DNA of 64,000 bases from an uncultured Clostridia bacterium (GCA_904387305.1 CAJFLB010000011.1:10156-74155); one strand, 5' to 3'; positions 1 through 8,710 are shown, counted from the stretch's first letter. Notes: generated from the sequence alone by a model not told the origin. Made by a program: numbers and translations.

Positions 1-851
1 ATAAGAAGAATATAGAAGGCGTAACGGAAAAATATCTCCAACCTATATTAGAAGTATTAGATAGAAAAAATATAAAAGGGGTAAGGCTATTAAAACAAGG
101 TAATAGAGTAATGCTTTTAATAGATAAAAGTCAATTAAATAGTATGAACACAGATATATTACATGCTATGAATATGGTGTATCCCAATCATGTAGTTTGT
201 ATTGAGGATATAGAAAATCCATTTGATTACGAAGAATTATATGAAGATATACCATCAAAAAGAAATAAGAAAGTAAGACCGTATCAGATATTTAATGAAT
301 ACTGGACAACAGATATAAGTAGTTACAGAGAATACTATAAACGTTATCCATTTGCTGGAATAGAATTAGATACTAGAAAATTAGGCCCAGTTATGCAATT
401 AGGATATTTTTTAGAATTTGTAAATACATTACAAACGCAAAATCCATTAGAACAAGAAGAGAGAAAAATCAGAAAAGGTGTAGAGGTATATTCACCAGAA
501 ACTTTAAGAAGATATGATGAATATATTAAGCAAGGATGCCCTAATAAACAAGGAATAAGTCTTTGGCTAATATATAATGAAGCCATTCAAGATGATGTGT
601 CTAATGGATTAGAATTAAAAGGAGATCCTTATTTTAATAGAGAAGTTAGAATGTATTTTAATGCAGACAAGGGGATTACACGAAAACTTAGAATGGGACT
701 TTCACCAGAAAGAATGAAAATGAATGTAGATAATTATATTGCAAGTAAACAGCATAAAGCCAATGAAGAACATAGTATACAAGAGGATGATATATTTGAA
801 GCAGCTGAAATACCAGAAGCACCATCTACATCCAGAATACCAGAATTGTAA
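1..851 (+). CDS. hypothetical protein, 5'-truncated at window edge
   Basis: The frame of the 111..851 ORF stays open back to nt 3 (KKNIEGVTEKYLQPILEVLDRKNIKGVRLLKQGNRV before the first Met), so the gene starts upstream of the window. No recognisable motif. Confidence 0.5.
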   Translation, partial: KKNIEGVTEKYLQPILEVLDRKNIKGVRLLKQGNRVMLLIDKSQLNSMNTDILHAMNMVYPNHVVCIEDIENPFDYEELYEDIPSKRNKKVRPYQIFNEYWTTDISSYREYYKRYPFAGIELDTRKLGPVMQLGYFLEFVNTLQTQNPLEQEERKIRKGVEVYSPETLRRYDEYIKQGCPNKQGISLWLIYNEAIQDDVSNGLELKGDPYFNREVRMYFNADKGITRKLRMGLSPERMKMNVDNYIASKQHKANEEHSIQEDDIFEAAEIPEAPSTSRIPEL

Positions 852-876
852 TATAAAAAAGAAAGGAGAAGCATTT

Positions 877-1596
877 TTGGAGGAAATACGATTACAAAAA
901 TATCTAGCAGAAGCAGGAATTGCTTCAAGAAGAAAAGCAGAAGAACGTATCTTACAAGGAAAAGTTCAAGTAAATGGAAAAGTTGTAACAGAATTAGGAA
1001 CAAAAGTGCAACCTGGAAAAGATGAAGTGAAATATGAAAACAAAATTGTGCAAATAGAAAATAAGAAAATATATATTTTACTAAACAAACCAATTGGATA
1101 TGTAACCACTGTAAAAGATCAATTTGACCGTGATTCTGTTTTAGATTTAGTAAAAATAAAAGAAAGATTAGTACCAGTAGGAAGATTAGATATGTATACA
1201 TCAGGAGCTTTAATTCTTACAAATGATGGGGATTTTGTGTATAAAGTAACACACCCCAAACATGAAATTAACAAGACATATACAGTTACGTTAAAAGGAA
1301 TTATCAGTAAAGAAAATATAGAAAATTTAAGAACAGGTGTGGATATTGGAGGATATATTACAAAGCCTGCAAAGGTAAAGATATTAAAAACAGATGAAGA
1401 AAAACAGATAACAAGATTAGAAATTATCATACATGAAGGAAAAAATAGACAGGTAAGAAAGATGTGTGAAGCAATTGGACATAAAGTACTTGCCTTACAC
1501 AGAAGTGCGATTGCAGGCATTGGTGTGAAAGATATAGAACTCGGAAAATGGAGATATTTGTCGAAAGAAGAAGTGAAAAAAATATTACAAGACTAA
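877..1596 (+). CDS. rluB: pseudouridine synthase, RsuA/RluB family (S4 RNA-binding domain plus catalytic domain)
   Basis: N-terminus IRLQKYLAEAGIASRRKAEERILQGKVQVNGKVV is an S4 domain. GRLDMYTSGALILTNDG is the catalytic Asp motif. TTG start at 877, in frame with ORF 739..1596, follows RBS AAAGGAGAA (860-868). Confidence 0.85.
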   Translation: MEEIRLQKYLAEAGIASRRKAEERILQGKVQVNGKVVTELGTKVQPGKDEVKYENKIVQIENKKIYILLNKPIGYVTTVKDQFDRDSVLDLVKIKERLVPVGRLDMYTSGALILTNDGDFVYKVTHPKHEINKTYTVTLKGIISKENIENLRTGVDIGGYITKPAKVKILKTDEEKQITRLEIIIHEGKNRQVRKMCEAIGHKVLALHRSAIAGIGVKDIELGKWRYLSKEEVKKILQD

Positions 1597-1621
1597 AACA
1601 CAAGATTTACTTGTGTTTTTC
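1597..1621 (+). terminator. rho-independent terminator after rluB
   Basis: aacacaag-attta-cttgtgtt stem-loop followed by a T-run. Confidence 0.7.
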
Positions 1622-1864
1622 TACATTTTGTGATTTAATATATATAATTTTAATTTATATATTTTATTCTAAATTTTATCATAAATTTTAAAATCAAAAA
1701 AATTTCCAAAAGTAAGTTTAAAATTTGTTATGTGAGGAGGTGATAATGTCATTTATCAGTTTACATATAAAAACTATATTCAGTGTATTCACAATATCAA
1801 ACAAAAGGACTATTTAGATTTACAAGAAGAGAGTGAAAAATATAGTATTTTAATCGGAAATGAT

Positions 1865-2356
1865 TTGAATACAAGACTTAAAAACATTATTGAATATTTA
1901 TTTAAAGATAAAGAAAGAATTTGCTTTTTTCTTAATCGTTTTTTAGATTGTTATGAAAAAGTAGAAAAAGAAAAATTGGTATATATGGATTTTTATAAAG
2001 GAAAGAAAGGTATAAAAATTATATACAAGCATTCAAAAAAACAAATATTTTATGTAATTATGTATCAGCAAGAAATTTTTCTTGATTTATCATATATTGT
2101 TTTACAAGAATGTATAAAAATCATCCAGAATGCTAAACAAAAAAATGTTAAAAATATGATTATTATTCCTATTGTGATATATGTTAAAGAAAATGTATAT
2201 CCTTATGGAAAAGCAATGAAACGATGTTTTCAGATAACAACCTATGATAATCATATATTAGAATTAAAGTATAATTTAATGAATTTATCAAAATTTTCAA
2301 AACAACCTAAGATGAAAAATACTATATTAGAAGAGTTAATATATATAGAAAATTAA
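1865..2356 (+). CDS. Rpn/YhgA-like (PD-(D/E)XK, transposase_31-like) protein, probably catalytically degenerate
   Basis: The pattern LFKDKERICFFLNRFL ... IIYK ... YVIMYQQ ... MIIIPIVIYVKENVY parallels Rpn-family blocks (F.N.FL, DIIYK, LEFQ, PIVLYNG). The acidic catalytic positions are replaced. TTG start; the frame is open upstream to 1736. Confidence 0.35.
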   Translation: MNTRLKNIIEYLFKDKERICFFLNRFLDCYEKVEKEKLVYMDFYKGKKGIKIIYKHSKKQIFYVIMYQQEIFLDLSYIVLQECIKIIQNAKQKNVKNMIIIPIVIYVKENVYPYGKAMKRCFQITTYDNHILELKYNLMNLSKFSKQPKMKNTILEELIYIEN

Positions 2357-2372
2357 AATAGGATTTGAAGGT

Positions 2373-2410
2373 AATAGAGATGTGTTAAGACACCATCTCT
2401 ATTTATTTTA
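2373..2410 (+). terminator. rho-independent terminator
   Basis: aatagagatgtg / caccatctctatt stem followed by a T-rich tail. Confidence 0.6.
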
Positions 2411-2476
2411 CATAAAATATATTAATGACAAAATAAATGACAGAGGTATCAAAAGATTAGAAAGGAATGAAACTGC

Positions 2477-3244
2477 ATGAAAACCATATTAGAGATAAAA
2501 AATATTTGTAAAACCTATCAAAGTAAAGAAGGGGAAATTTTAGCGCTAGATAATATTTGTTTTAGAGTAAAAGAAGGAGAATTTGTATCTATTATAGGCC
2601 CTAGTGGTTGCGGAAAATCCACTCTACTATCTATCATTAGTGGGTTAGAAGAAAAAACAAAAGGAGAAATCTACATAGATAATAAAAAAGTAGAAGGCAT
2701 TTCAGAAGAAGTAGGATATATGTTACAAAAAGATTGTTTATTAGAATGGAGAAATATATGGAGTAATAGCATATTAGGACTAGAGCTAAAAGGGAAATTA
2801 GATGAAACAAGCAAAAAATATGTAGAAAATTTATTAAAAAAATATAATCTTTATGATTTTAAAGATAAATATCCATCTGAGCTATCTGGAGGAATGAGAC
2901 AAAGAGCAGCTTTAATTAGAACTTTAGCAACAAAACCAAAAATTTTGCTACTAGATGAAGCATTTTCAGCACTAGATTATCAAACAAGAATCATGGTAAC
3001 AAATGATATTTATTCTATATTAAGAAAAGAAAATATGACAGCAATTATTGTAACACATGACATTTCAGAAGCGATTAGTATGTCTGATAGAGTTGTGGTA
3101 TTAACCAAAAGACCAGGGAAAGTAAAAGATATTTATACAATTGATTTTGAGATTGAAAATAGGAATCCCATCAATGTAAGAGAAAGTCCTAAATTTAGTG
3201 GATATTTTAATACTCTATGGAAGGAGTTGGGAGTTGATGAATAA
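2477..3244 (+). CDS. ABC transporter ATP-binding protein (NitT/TauT, sulfonate/nitrate/HMP type)
   Basis: Walker A GPSGCGKST, signature LSGGMRQRA, Walker B ILLLDEAFSALD, H-loop VTHD. Confidence 0.9.
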   Translation: MKTILEIKNICKTYQSKEGEILALDNICFRVKEGEFVSIIGPSGCGKSTLLSIISGLEEKTKGEIYIDNKKVEGISEEVGYMLQKDCLLEWRNIWSNSILGLELKGKLDETSKKYVENLLKKYNLYDFKDKYPSELSGGMRQRAALIRTLATKPKILLLDEAFSALDYQTRIMVTNDIYSILRKENMTAIIVTHDISEAISMSDRVVVLTKRPGKVKDIYTIDFEIENRNPINVRESPKFSGYFNTLWKELGVDE

Positions 3245-4043
3245 TTCGTTATCACAGGAAAGAAAACAATATATCAAACATAATCGAAAAAGAAAAATAC
3301 TGGTATTTACAACACAGGTAGCAATACTAATTGGATTTTTGGCGATATGGGAAATATTAGCAGATATGAATGTGATAGATAGTTTTATCATGAGTCAGCC
3401 AAGTAGAATATGGGAAACACTAACTAACTTAGGTTCAAATGATTTGTTAATGCATATTAAAGTAACTGTATATGAGACAGTTGTTGGATTTTTGATAGGA
3501 ACCATTTTAGGAACAATCATTGCCATTATATTATGGTGGTCTAGATTTCTTTCAGATGTGTTAGAACCTTATTTAGTCGTATTAAATAGTCTACCGAAAG
3601 TTGCTTTAGGACCAGTGATTATCATTTGGGTAGGAGCAGGAACACCAGCCATTATTGTGATGGCAGTTGCGATTTCATTAGTTGTTACCATATTAGAAAA
3701 TTTAAATGGATTTATAAAAACAGATAAAGATTTAATTAAAATGGCAAAAACATTTAAAGCTACAAAATTACAAATATTAACGAAAATTGTTATACCAGCC
3801 AATATTTCTACTTTTATTAATTCTTTAAAAGTCAGTATAGGACTTTCTTTAGTAGGTGTCATCTCTGGAGAATTCTTAGTATCTAAAGCAGGTTTAGGAT
3901 ATTTGATTGTGTATGGTGGGCAAGTATTTAAATTAGATTTGGTTATGGCAAGTGTGATTATACTTGGTGTTGTAGCAGGATTAATGTATTTAGCTGTATT
4001 ATTGCTAGAAAAAATCATATTGAAATCTAAAAAATTTCAATAA
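3237..4043 (+). CDS. ABC transporter permease (NitT/TauT family, BPD_transp_1)
   Basis: Multi-TM protein whose ATG at 3237 overlaps the ATPase stop (ATGA coupling). Typical SsuC/TauC-like LPKVALGPVIIIWVG and EAA-like region. Confidence 0.85.
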   Translation: MNNSLSQERKQYIKHNRKRKILVFTTQVAILIGFLAIWEILADMNVIDSFIMSQPSRIWETLTNLGSNDLLMHIKVTVYETVVGFLIGTILGTIIAIILWWSRFLSDVLEPYLVVLNSLPKVALGPVIIIWVGAGTPAIIVMAVAISLVVTILENLNGFIKTDKDLIKMAKTFKATKLQILTKIVIPANISTFINSLKVSIGLSLVGVISGEFLVSKAGLGYLIVYGGQVFKLDLVMASVIILGVVAGLMYLAVLLLEKIILKSKKFQ

Positions 4044-4055
4044 TGCAAAATATGA

Positions 4056-4195
4056 AAAAGACATAATTCTATGAAAGAAAGTTACAGTTTAGCTCTTATA
4101 CATTTTTATTATTTTTTACACCTTGTGTGTTGCAAAATAATAAAAATGTATAAGAGTTAAACTGTAACAAAAAATTTAGAAATATGTCTTTTTTA
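4056..4195. repeat. about 140-bp near-perfect palindrome (long hairpin, also terminator-like)
   Basis: Left arm 4056-4115 (aaaagacataattctatgaaagaaagttacagtttagctcttatacatttttattatttt) is the reverse complement of 4134-4193. The element ends in a T-run. Confidence 0.8.
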
Positions 4196-4284
4196 TTTAT
4201 ATATAATTCTCAAAATGTGAAAAATGTGTTAAGATATAAATAACAAAATTTTAAGTGAATATAAAAGAGAGGGGAAAAACAGAT

Positions 4285-4494
4285 ATGAATAAATTAAGTA
4301 AAATATTATTGTTAGTAATTGTAATTTTGGTAATTGCATTAGGAATCATGACTTCTTCATATTTTAAAGTAAAAAAAGCTGCACAAGAAAATCTTAGTTT
4401 ATATTTAGAAGCTGAGAAAGAGATAATGCAATTAAATGAAGAAAATTTTAAATTACAAAATGGGAATATGGAAGAATCAGAAAATAATAAATAG
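4285..4494 (+). CDS. small membrane-anchored coiled-coil protein
   Basis: ATG at 4285 follows RBS AGAGAGGGG. N-terminal TM LSKILLLVIVILVIALGIM, then a charged helical tail. Confidence 0.5.
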   Translation: MNKLSKILLLVIVILVIALGIMTSSYFKVKKAAQENLSLYLEAEKEIMQLNEENFKLQNGNMEESENNK

Positions 4495-4607
4495 TTTTTT
4501 AGATTAAAGCAATCATATTTCTTTGATTTACATAAAATAAAACCTATAAAAGGCTTGTTTTTTTCGCAAATTATGGTAAAATATGTATAGTATGAAAAGG
4601 AGAAATT

Positions 4608-5717
4608 ATGTTATTACCAGTAAAATCATTAAAAGAAGTAAAAGATGAAATAAACGAGCAGTTAGGTGTGGCAAAAAAATTAAATCCGAAAAATGGATAT
4701 TATTTTTATGCTAATGGGAAAAGAGAATATAAAATGCTTGATACGAAAGTAGAGGCAACAATGTGTCGCAAAGATGACAATGGATTAATATCAGCATATT
4801 TTAAGTCTAAGAAAGGGTATAATTCTGATTTAAAAAATAATAAGAATTTTGCTAATCATTATGCAGAATATATAGCATACTTAATTTTAAAACAATTAGG
4901 AAAAAAAGTTTGCAAGGAAGAGTTAGGAGAAATCAAGATAAAAAATAAGTATAGTAATAAAGTCATAAATATAGAAGGTGTTTTAAGTCAGTATGAAGTC
5001 ACAGTGACAGAAAGTTTTATACCATTAATGACTATTGTAGAAAGTTATAAAGAAGCTTACCCTAAAAAATATAAAGAAATGATAACACGAGGTAAGACAG
5101 ATTCAGAAGATAATTATGTAAATATTGAAATTATATTAAAAACTTTAGAAGAATATTACAAAAAAAATAGACAAAGTGATAAAATTCCACAAATGCGAAA
5201 AGAATTTTTTGATATGTGTATGTTTGATATGATATTTGCCAATAGGGATAGAAGTGATGACAATTTTGGTGTAAAAGTGAATCAAGTAACAAATGAGATT
5301 AATTTTTATCCATTATTTGATAATGAACAAATTTTAGGAATGCAAGAAGAGAAAGCTGATATTGTAAGATATTTATCAAGTGAAAAAGAATATCAAAAAT
5401 TTAAAAAGGAGAATTTAACATCATGTATTGGTATACCAGGAAATCCAAAAAAAATAGAACCAACTACATTGTTAAAATATTTATTAGAACATTATTATGA
5501 GGAAACAATAGATTCATTAAATGATATAGGAAGATATACATATCAAGATTTGGAAGAAGTTTTAGAAGTGTGTCGAGGTTTATCTGAAGAACATAAAGCA
5601 TTTGCTAAAAAAATATATTTGGAAAGGCAACAGGAAATAAATAATACAATCAAAGATTTCGAGCAAAGAAAGAATGAGGAACATCCGAAACAAGGTGATG
5701 ATTCATTAGAATTATAA
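4608..5717 (+). CDS. HipA_C / PI3-4-kinase-like domain protein, paralogue of 6107..7156, with variant catalytic loop DRSDDN
   Basis: FKSKK, ANHYAEY, FANRDRSDDNFG (5241-5264) and YPLFDNEQILG align with the same blocks in the downstream paralogue and with the HipA catalytic loop D-x-H-x-x-N and Mg-binding Asp. RBS AAAGGAGAA. Confidence 0.6.
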   Translation: MLLPVKSLKEVKDEINEQLGVAKKLNPKNGYYFYANGKREYKMLDTKVEATMCRKDDNGLISAYFKSKKGYNSDLKNNKNFANHYAEYIAYLILKQLGKKVCKEELGEIKIKNKYSNKVINIEGVLSQYEVTVTESFIPLMTIVESYKEAYPKKYKEMITRGKTDSEDNYVNIEIILKTLEEYYKKNRQSDKIPQMRKEFFDMCMFDMIFANRDRSDDNFGVKVNQVTNEINFYPLFDNEQILGMQEEKADIVRYLSSEKEYQKFKKENLTSCIGIPGNPKKIEPTTLLKYLLEHYYEETIDSLNDIGRYTYQDLEEVLEVCRGLSEEHKAFAKKIYLERQQEINNTIKDFEQRKNEEHPKQGDDSLEL

Positions 5718-5733
5718 TAAAATGGGAGGATAA

Positions 5734-6105
5734 ATGGAGTACTTATATTTAAAATGGGTAGATTATAGAACAAATAAAAAATATTTAATAGGTGCATTAT
5801 TTAGGGATAAAGAAAAGAGAAAGTATTATTTTAAAATGAGTAGAAAACATGTGGAAAAAGCAATTCAAGAAAAAGTAATATCAGAAGCTTTATTACCCTT
5901 TTATGATTTAGATAAGATTTATGAAAGTGATGAAATTTTTGCCATTTTTAAAGTGAGATTACCTAAAATTGAAACATATTCTCAAGAGGAAATGAAAGAA
6001 TTATTAGAAGATTTAGAAATGGATGAATATGATGAGTTTGAGTATTTAAGGAAAACAAAGGGGATGTTGGTAACAGATAAATATATATTAGAAGAGGAGA
6101 AATAA
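5734..6105 (+). CDS. small HipS-like protein (resembles the HipA N-terminal subdomain)
   Basis: IGALFRDKEKRKYYFK ... LLPFYDL ... IFAIFKVRLPK ... YDEFEYLRKTKGMLVTDKYILEEE follows the HipA N-terminal/HipS pattern (G.L..-F.Y, LP, F..LLP, D.F.LL...G.D..GA). Its stop is 1 nt from the next start. RBS GGGAGGA. Confidence 0.45.
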   Translation: MEYLYLKWVDYRTNKKYLIGALFRDKEKRKYYFKMSRKHVEKAIQEKVISEALLPFYDLDKIYESDEIFAIFKVRLPKIETYSQEEMKELLEDLEMDEYDEFEYLRKTKGMLVTDKYILEEEK

Positions 6106-6106
6106 T

Positions 6107-7156
6107 ATGTTCGAATTTAGAAATATTGATGGATTTATACCATATAAGTTCGAAACAGTGGGAGAGTTAAAAGGAAAAAGATGGTATATAGATTCTAAAA
6201 AACGTAAAATGGGATTATTTAAGCCGAAAAGATATGAATTTAAAGACCAAAAGGTATTTTGTGCAAACCATTATGGAGAGTTTGTAGGAAATGCTTTAGC
6301 AAGGGAGGCAGACATACCAACTTGCAAAGCAGAATTAGCACATCTCAGTAAATATTATGCCAATATACATAAAGAAAGAAATCATGGAACACCAGAGGAA
6401 AAAGATGGTTGTATCATTTATAGTCAATTAGGAAAAGAAGATACACTAGAAGCAGGAAAAATTACAATAGAAAGTTTTAAAGAAAAATATAGAGAAGACT
6501 ATGAAAGAATTACAAAAGATGATAAACATAAAGGAGATGCCAATGATAATGTAGAATTAGTTCTTGCCTCTAGCATTTCTCGAGTAGCAGATTTTTACAG
6601 AAGGAAAGGGATTTATTCAGAAGAATTTATACAAGCCAAAATACAACAAACTAGAAAAAGATTCATAGAAATGATAGTATATGATTGTTTATATGGAAAC
6701 TATGATAGACATGATGAGAATTGGTCTATGCAAATCAAAGGAAATGAGAATATTGATTTATATCCATTATATGACAATGAAAGAGTATTAGGTCTTTATG
6801 AAAATCAAAATTTTATTGAAGATACATTAAGAAATCAAGAAGTGGAGAAGAAAACAGATGAAAACTTCTTCTCTAGGATGCATGTACCAGGAGAAACCAA
6901 GAAAAATTCAACATATAAAGAGATGTTAGAGTATTTGATGAATACATATCCACAAGAGACAAGAGAAATGTTACAAAAGATGTTAAGTAGACATACAGCT
7001 GAAAGTATAAGAAAACATTTAGAAAAATGTACGGGATTACCTAGCGTATATATTGATTTTGGAACGCAAATGTATACATATAGAGAGGCTTTTGCAAAAG
7101 AATTGTTAGAGCGTAATAAAAATATTGAATTATTAAAAGAAGGTCAAGAAAGATAG
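6107..7156 (+). CDS. HipA_C-like serine/threonine kinase lacking the HipA N-terminal domain (HipT-like)
   Basis: GLFKPK (ATP Lys), ANHYGEF, canonical catalytic loop GNYDRHDENWS (6704-6721), LYPLYDNERVLG (Mg-binding Asp). Translationally coupled to 5734..6105. Confidence 0.65.
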   Translation: MFEFRNIDGFIPYKFETVGELKGKRWYIDSKKRKMGLFKPKRYEFKDQKVFCANHYGEFVGNALAREADIPTCKAELAHLSKYYANIHKERNHGTPEEKDGCIIYSQLGKEDTLEAGKITIESFKEKYREDYERITKDDKHKGDANDNVELVLASSISRVADFYRRKGIYSEEFIQAKIQQTRKRFIEMIVYDCLYGNYDRHDENWSMQIKGNENIDLYPLYDNERVLGLYENQNFIEDTLRNQEVEKKTDENFFSRMHVPGETKKNSTYKEMLEYLMNTYPQETREMLQKMLSRHTAESIRKHLEKCTGLPSVYIDFGTQMYTYREAFAKELLERNKNIELLKEGQER

Positions 7157-7262
7157 AAGAATTGCTATATAACATAGTAATTCTTTTTTACATTATAAAA
7201 AAGTAAATTTCACACATCTTTATTATAAACATAAAATATATAAGAAAATAAGGAGGTGTGAA

Positions 7263-8282
7263 ATGAGTAAAAAAGGAAGAATTGTGCTAGTATTAGTAAT
7301 CTTAGTCATTGCCGTTGTTATTGCCGTTGTCATTATAAAAAGTCAAAAAGGAAATGGTAAAAATAATTTACAAACCATCAATGTTAGTGAGGTAACACGT
7401 TCTGTTTTTTATGCACCACAATATGTAGCAATCAATAATGGATACTTTAAAGAAAAAGGACTGGAAATTGAATTATCTACTGGTCAAGGTGCAGATGCAG
7501 TTATGACAAGTGTATTGGCTAATCAAGTAGAAATTGGATTTGCAGGTCCAGAAGCTTCTATATATGTATATAATGAAGGAAAAGAAGACTATACAGAAGT
7601 ATTTGCTCAATTAACAAAAAAAGATGGTTCTTTATTAGTTTCTAGAACAGAGGAAGAAAATTTTAGTTGGGAAAATTTAAAAGGCAAAACAGTCATTCCA
7701 GGAAGAAAAGGTGGAGTACCATATATGACATTAGAATATGTATTAAAAAAGAATGGAATTAATCCAGAAACAGATGTGGTATTAGATGACAGTATTAAAT
7801 TTGATTTAATGGCAGGTGCATTTGCAGCTGGAAATGCTGACTATGTAACGTTATTTGAACCAACAGCGTCTTTAACAGAGCAAGAAGGAAAAGGATATGT
7901 TGTGGCATCAGTTGGAGAAGAGGCAGGAGAAATACCATATACAGCGTATTTTGCTAAAAAAAGTTATATTGATGCAAATGAAGATATTATTCAAAGATTT
8001 ACAGACGCGATTTATGAAGGGCAAACTTGGGTGAAGGAACATACAGCAGAAGAGATTGCAACTGTTATACAAGACTTTTTCCCAGATACGAGTATTGAAA
8101 TGTTAACAGAGGCAATACAAACATATAAAGATATTGATGCATGGAATGAAACACCTGTATTAGAAGAAGAAAGTTTCAATAGACTTCAAGAAGTAATGAC
8201 CTTGGCTGGAGAATTAGAAAATGCAGCACCTTATGACAAAGTTGTTAATAATACGTATGCATTTAAAAGTATTGAAAATTAA
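7263..8282 (+). CDS. ABC transporter substrate-binding protein (NMT1/THI5-like, SsuA/ThiY type)
   Basis: N-terminal TM anchor, then VFYAPQYVAINNGYFKEKGLEIEL, typical of the NMT1/THI5 periplasmic-binding fold. Logical partner of 2477..4043. Confidence 0.8.
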   Translation: MSKKGRIVLVLVILVIAVVIAVVIIKSQKGNGKNNLQTINVSEVTRSVFYAPQYVAINNGYFKEKGLEIELSTGQGADAVMTSVLANQVEIGFAGPEASIYVYNEGKEDYTEVFAQLTKKDGSLLVSRTEEENFSWENLKGKTVIPGRKGGVPYMTLEYVLKKNGINPETDVVLDDSIKFDLMAGAFAAGNADYVTLFEPTASLTEQEGKGYVVASVGEEAGEIPYTAYFAKKSYIDANEDIIQRFTDAIYEGQTWVKEHTAEEIATVIQDFFPDTSIEMLTEAIQTYKDIDAWNETPVLEEESFNRLQEVMTLAGELENAAPYDKVVNNTYAFKSIEN

Positions 8283-8309
8283 TTTTTACTATTATGTAAA
8301 AAAAATCTA

Positions 8310-8338
8310 TTGACAAATAAAACTCATAATGTTATATT
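8310..8338 (+). promoter_or_regulatory. sigma-A type promoter for the XRE regulator
   Basis: TTGACA (8310-8315), 17-nt spacer with TG extension, TATATT (8333-8338). Confidence 0.5.
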
Positions 8339-8362
8339 TACCAATGAAGGAGAAGTGATAAT

Positions 8363-8695
8363 ATGAACATGGATTTTTCTAATATTGGTAAAAGAATACA
8401 AGCAACAAGAATGGAAAATAAAATTAGTCAAAAAGAAATGGGAGATTTCTTAGGAATATCTATGAATTATATAAGCAGATTAGAAAATGGAAAAACGAAA
8501 GTAGAATTAAAAACATTTATGAAAATATGCGATTTTTTAAATATTTCTATTTATGATATTCTAAACGAAAAAAGTGATCATATAATAAGATATATGGATA
8601 AAGAATTATATGAGTTAATTATTAAATGTAATTTAGAGAAACAAAGATTAATATGTAATATGGTAAAATTATTGATAAAAAACCAAGTGGTATAA
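8363..8695 (+). CDS. XRE-family helix-turn-helix transcriptional regulator
   Basis: ISQKEMGDFLGISMNYISRLENGKTKVELKTFMKICDFLNISIYDIL is a classic HTH_3 motif. Confidence 0.85.
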   Translation: MNMDFSNIGKRIQATRMENKISQKEMGDFLGISMNYISRLENGKTKVELKTFMKICDFLNISIYDILNEKSDHIIRYMDKELYELIIKCNLEKQRLICNMVKLLIKNQVV

Positions 8696-8710
8696 ATTGA
8701 AAATTCTGGA

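Noticed and set aside
734-1201. Numerous antisense or overlapping ORFs in the track (e.g. 734..1201-, 3569..4018-, 11026..11388-, 16676..17035+, 21728..21971-, 25512..25979-, 37062..38537-, 52708..53135-)
   Set aside because: They lie opposite or inside well-supported genes, lack RBSs and have the Leu/Phe/Ile/Ser-rich composition expected from antisense AT-rich DNA.
2357-2476. TPP or other riboswitch upstream of the NMT1/THI5-type ABC importer
   Set aside because: The leader contains only the upstream gene's terminator and AT-rich sequence. There is no CUGAGA / ACCUGAUCUGGAUAAUGCCAGCG-like TPP elements or other conserved riboswitch core.
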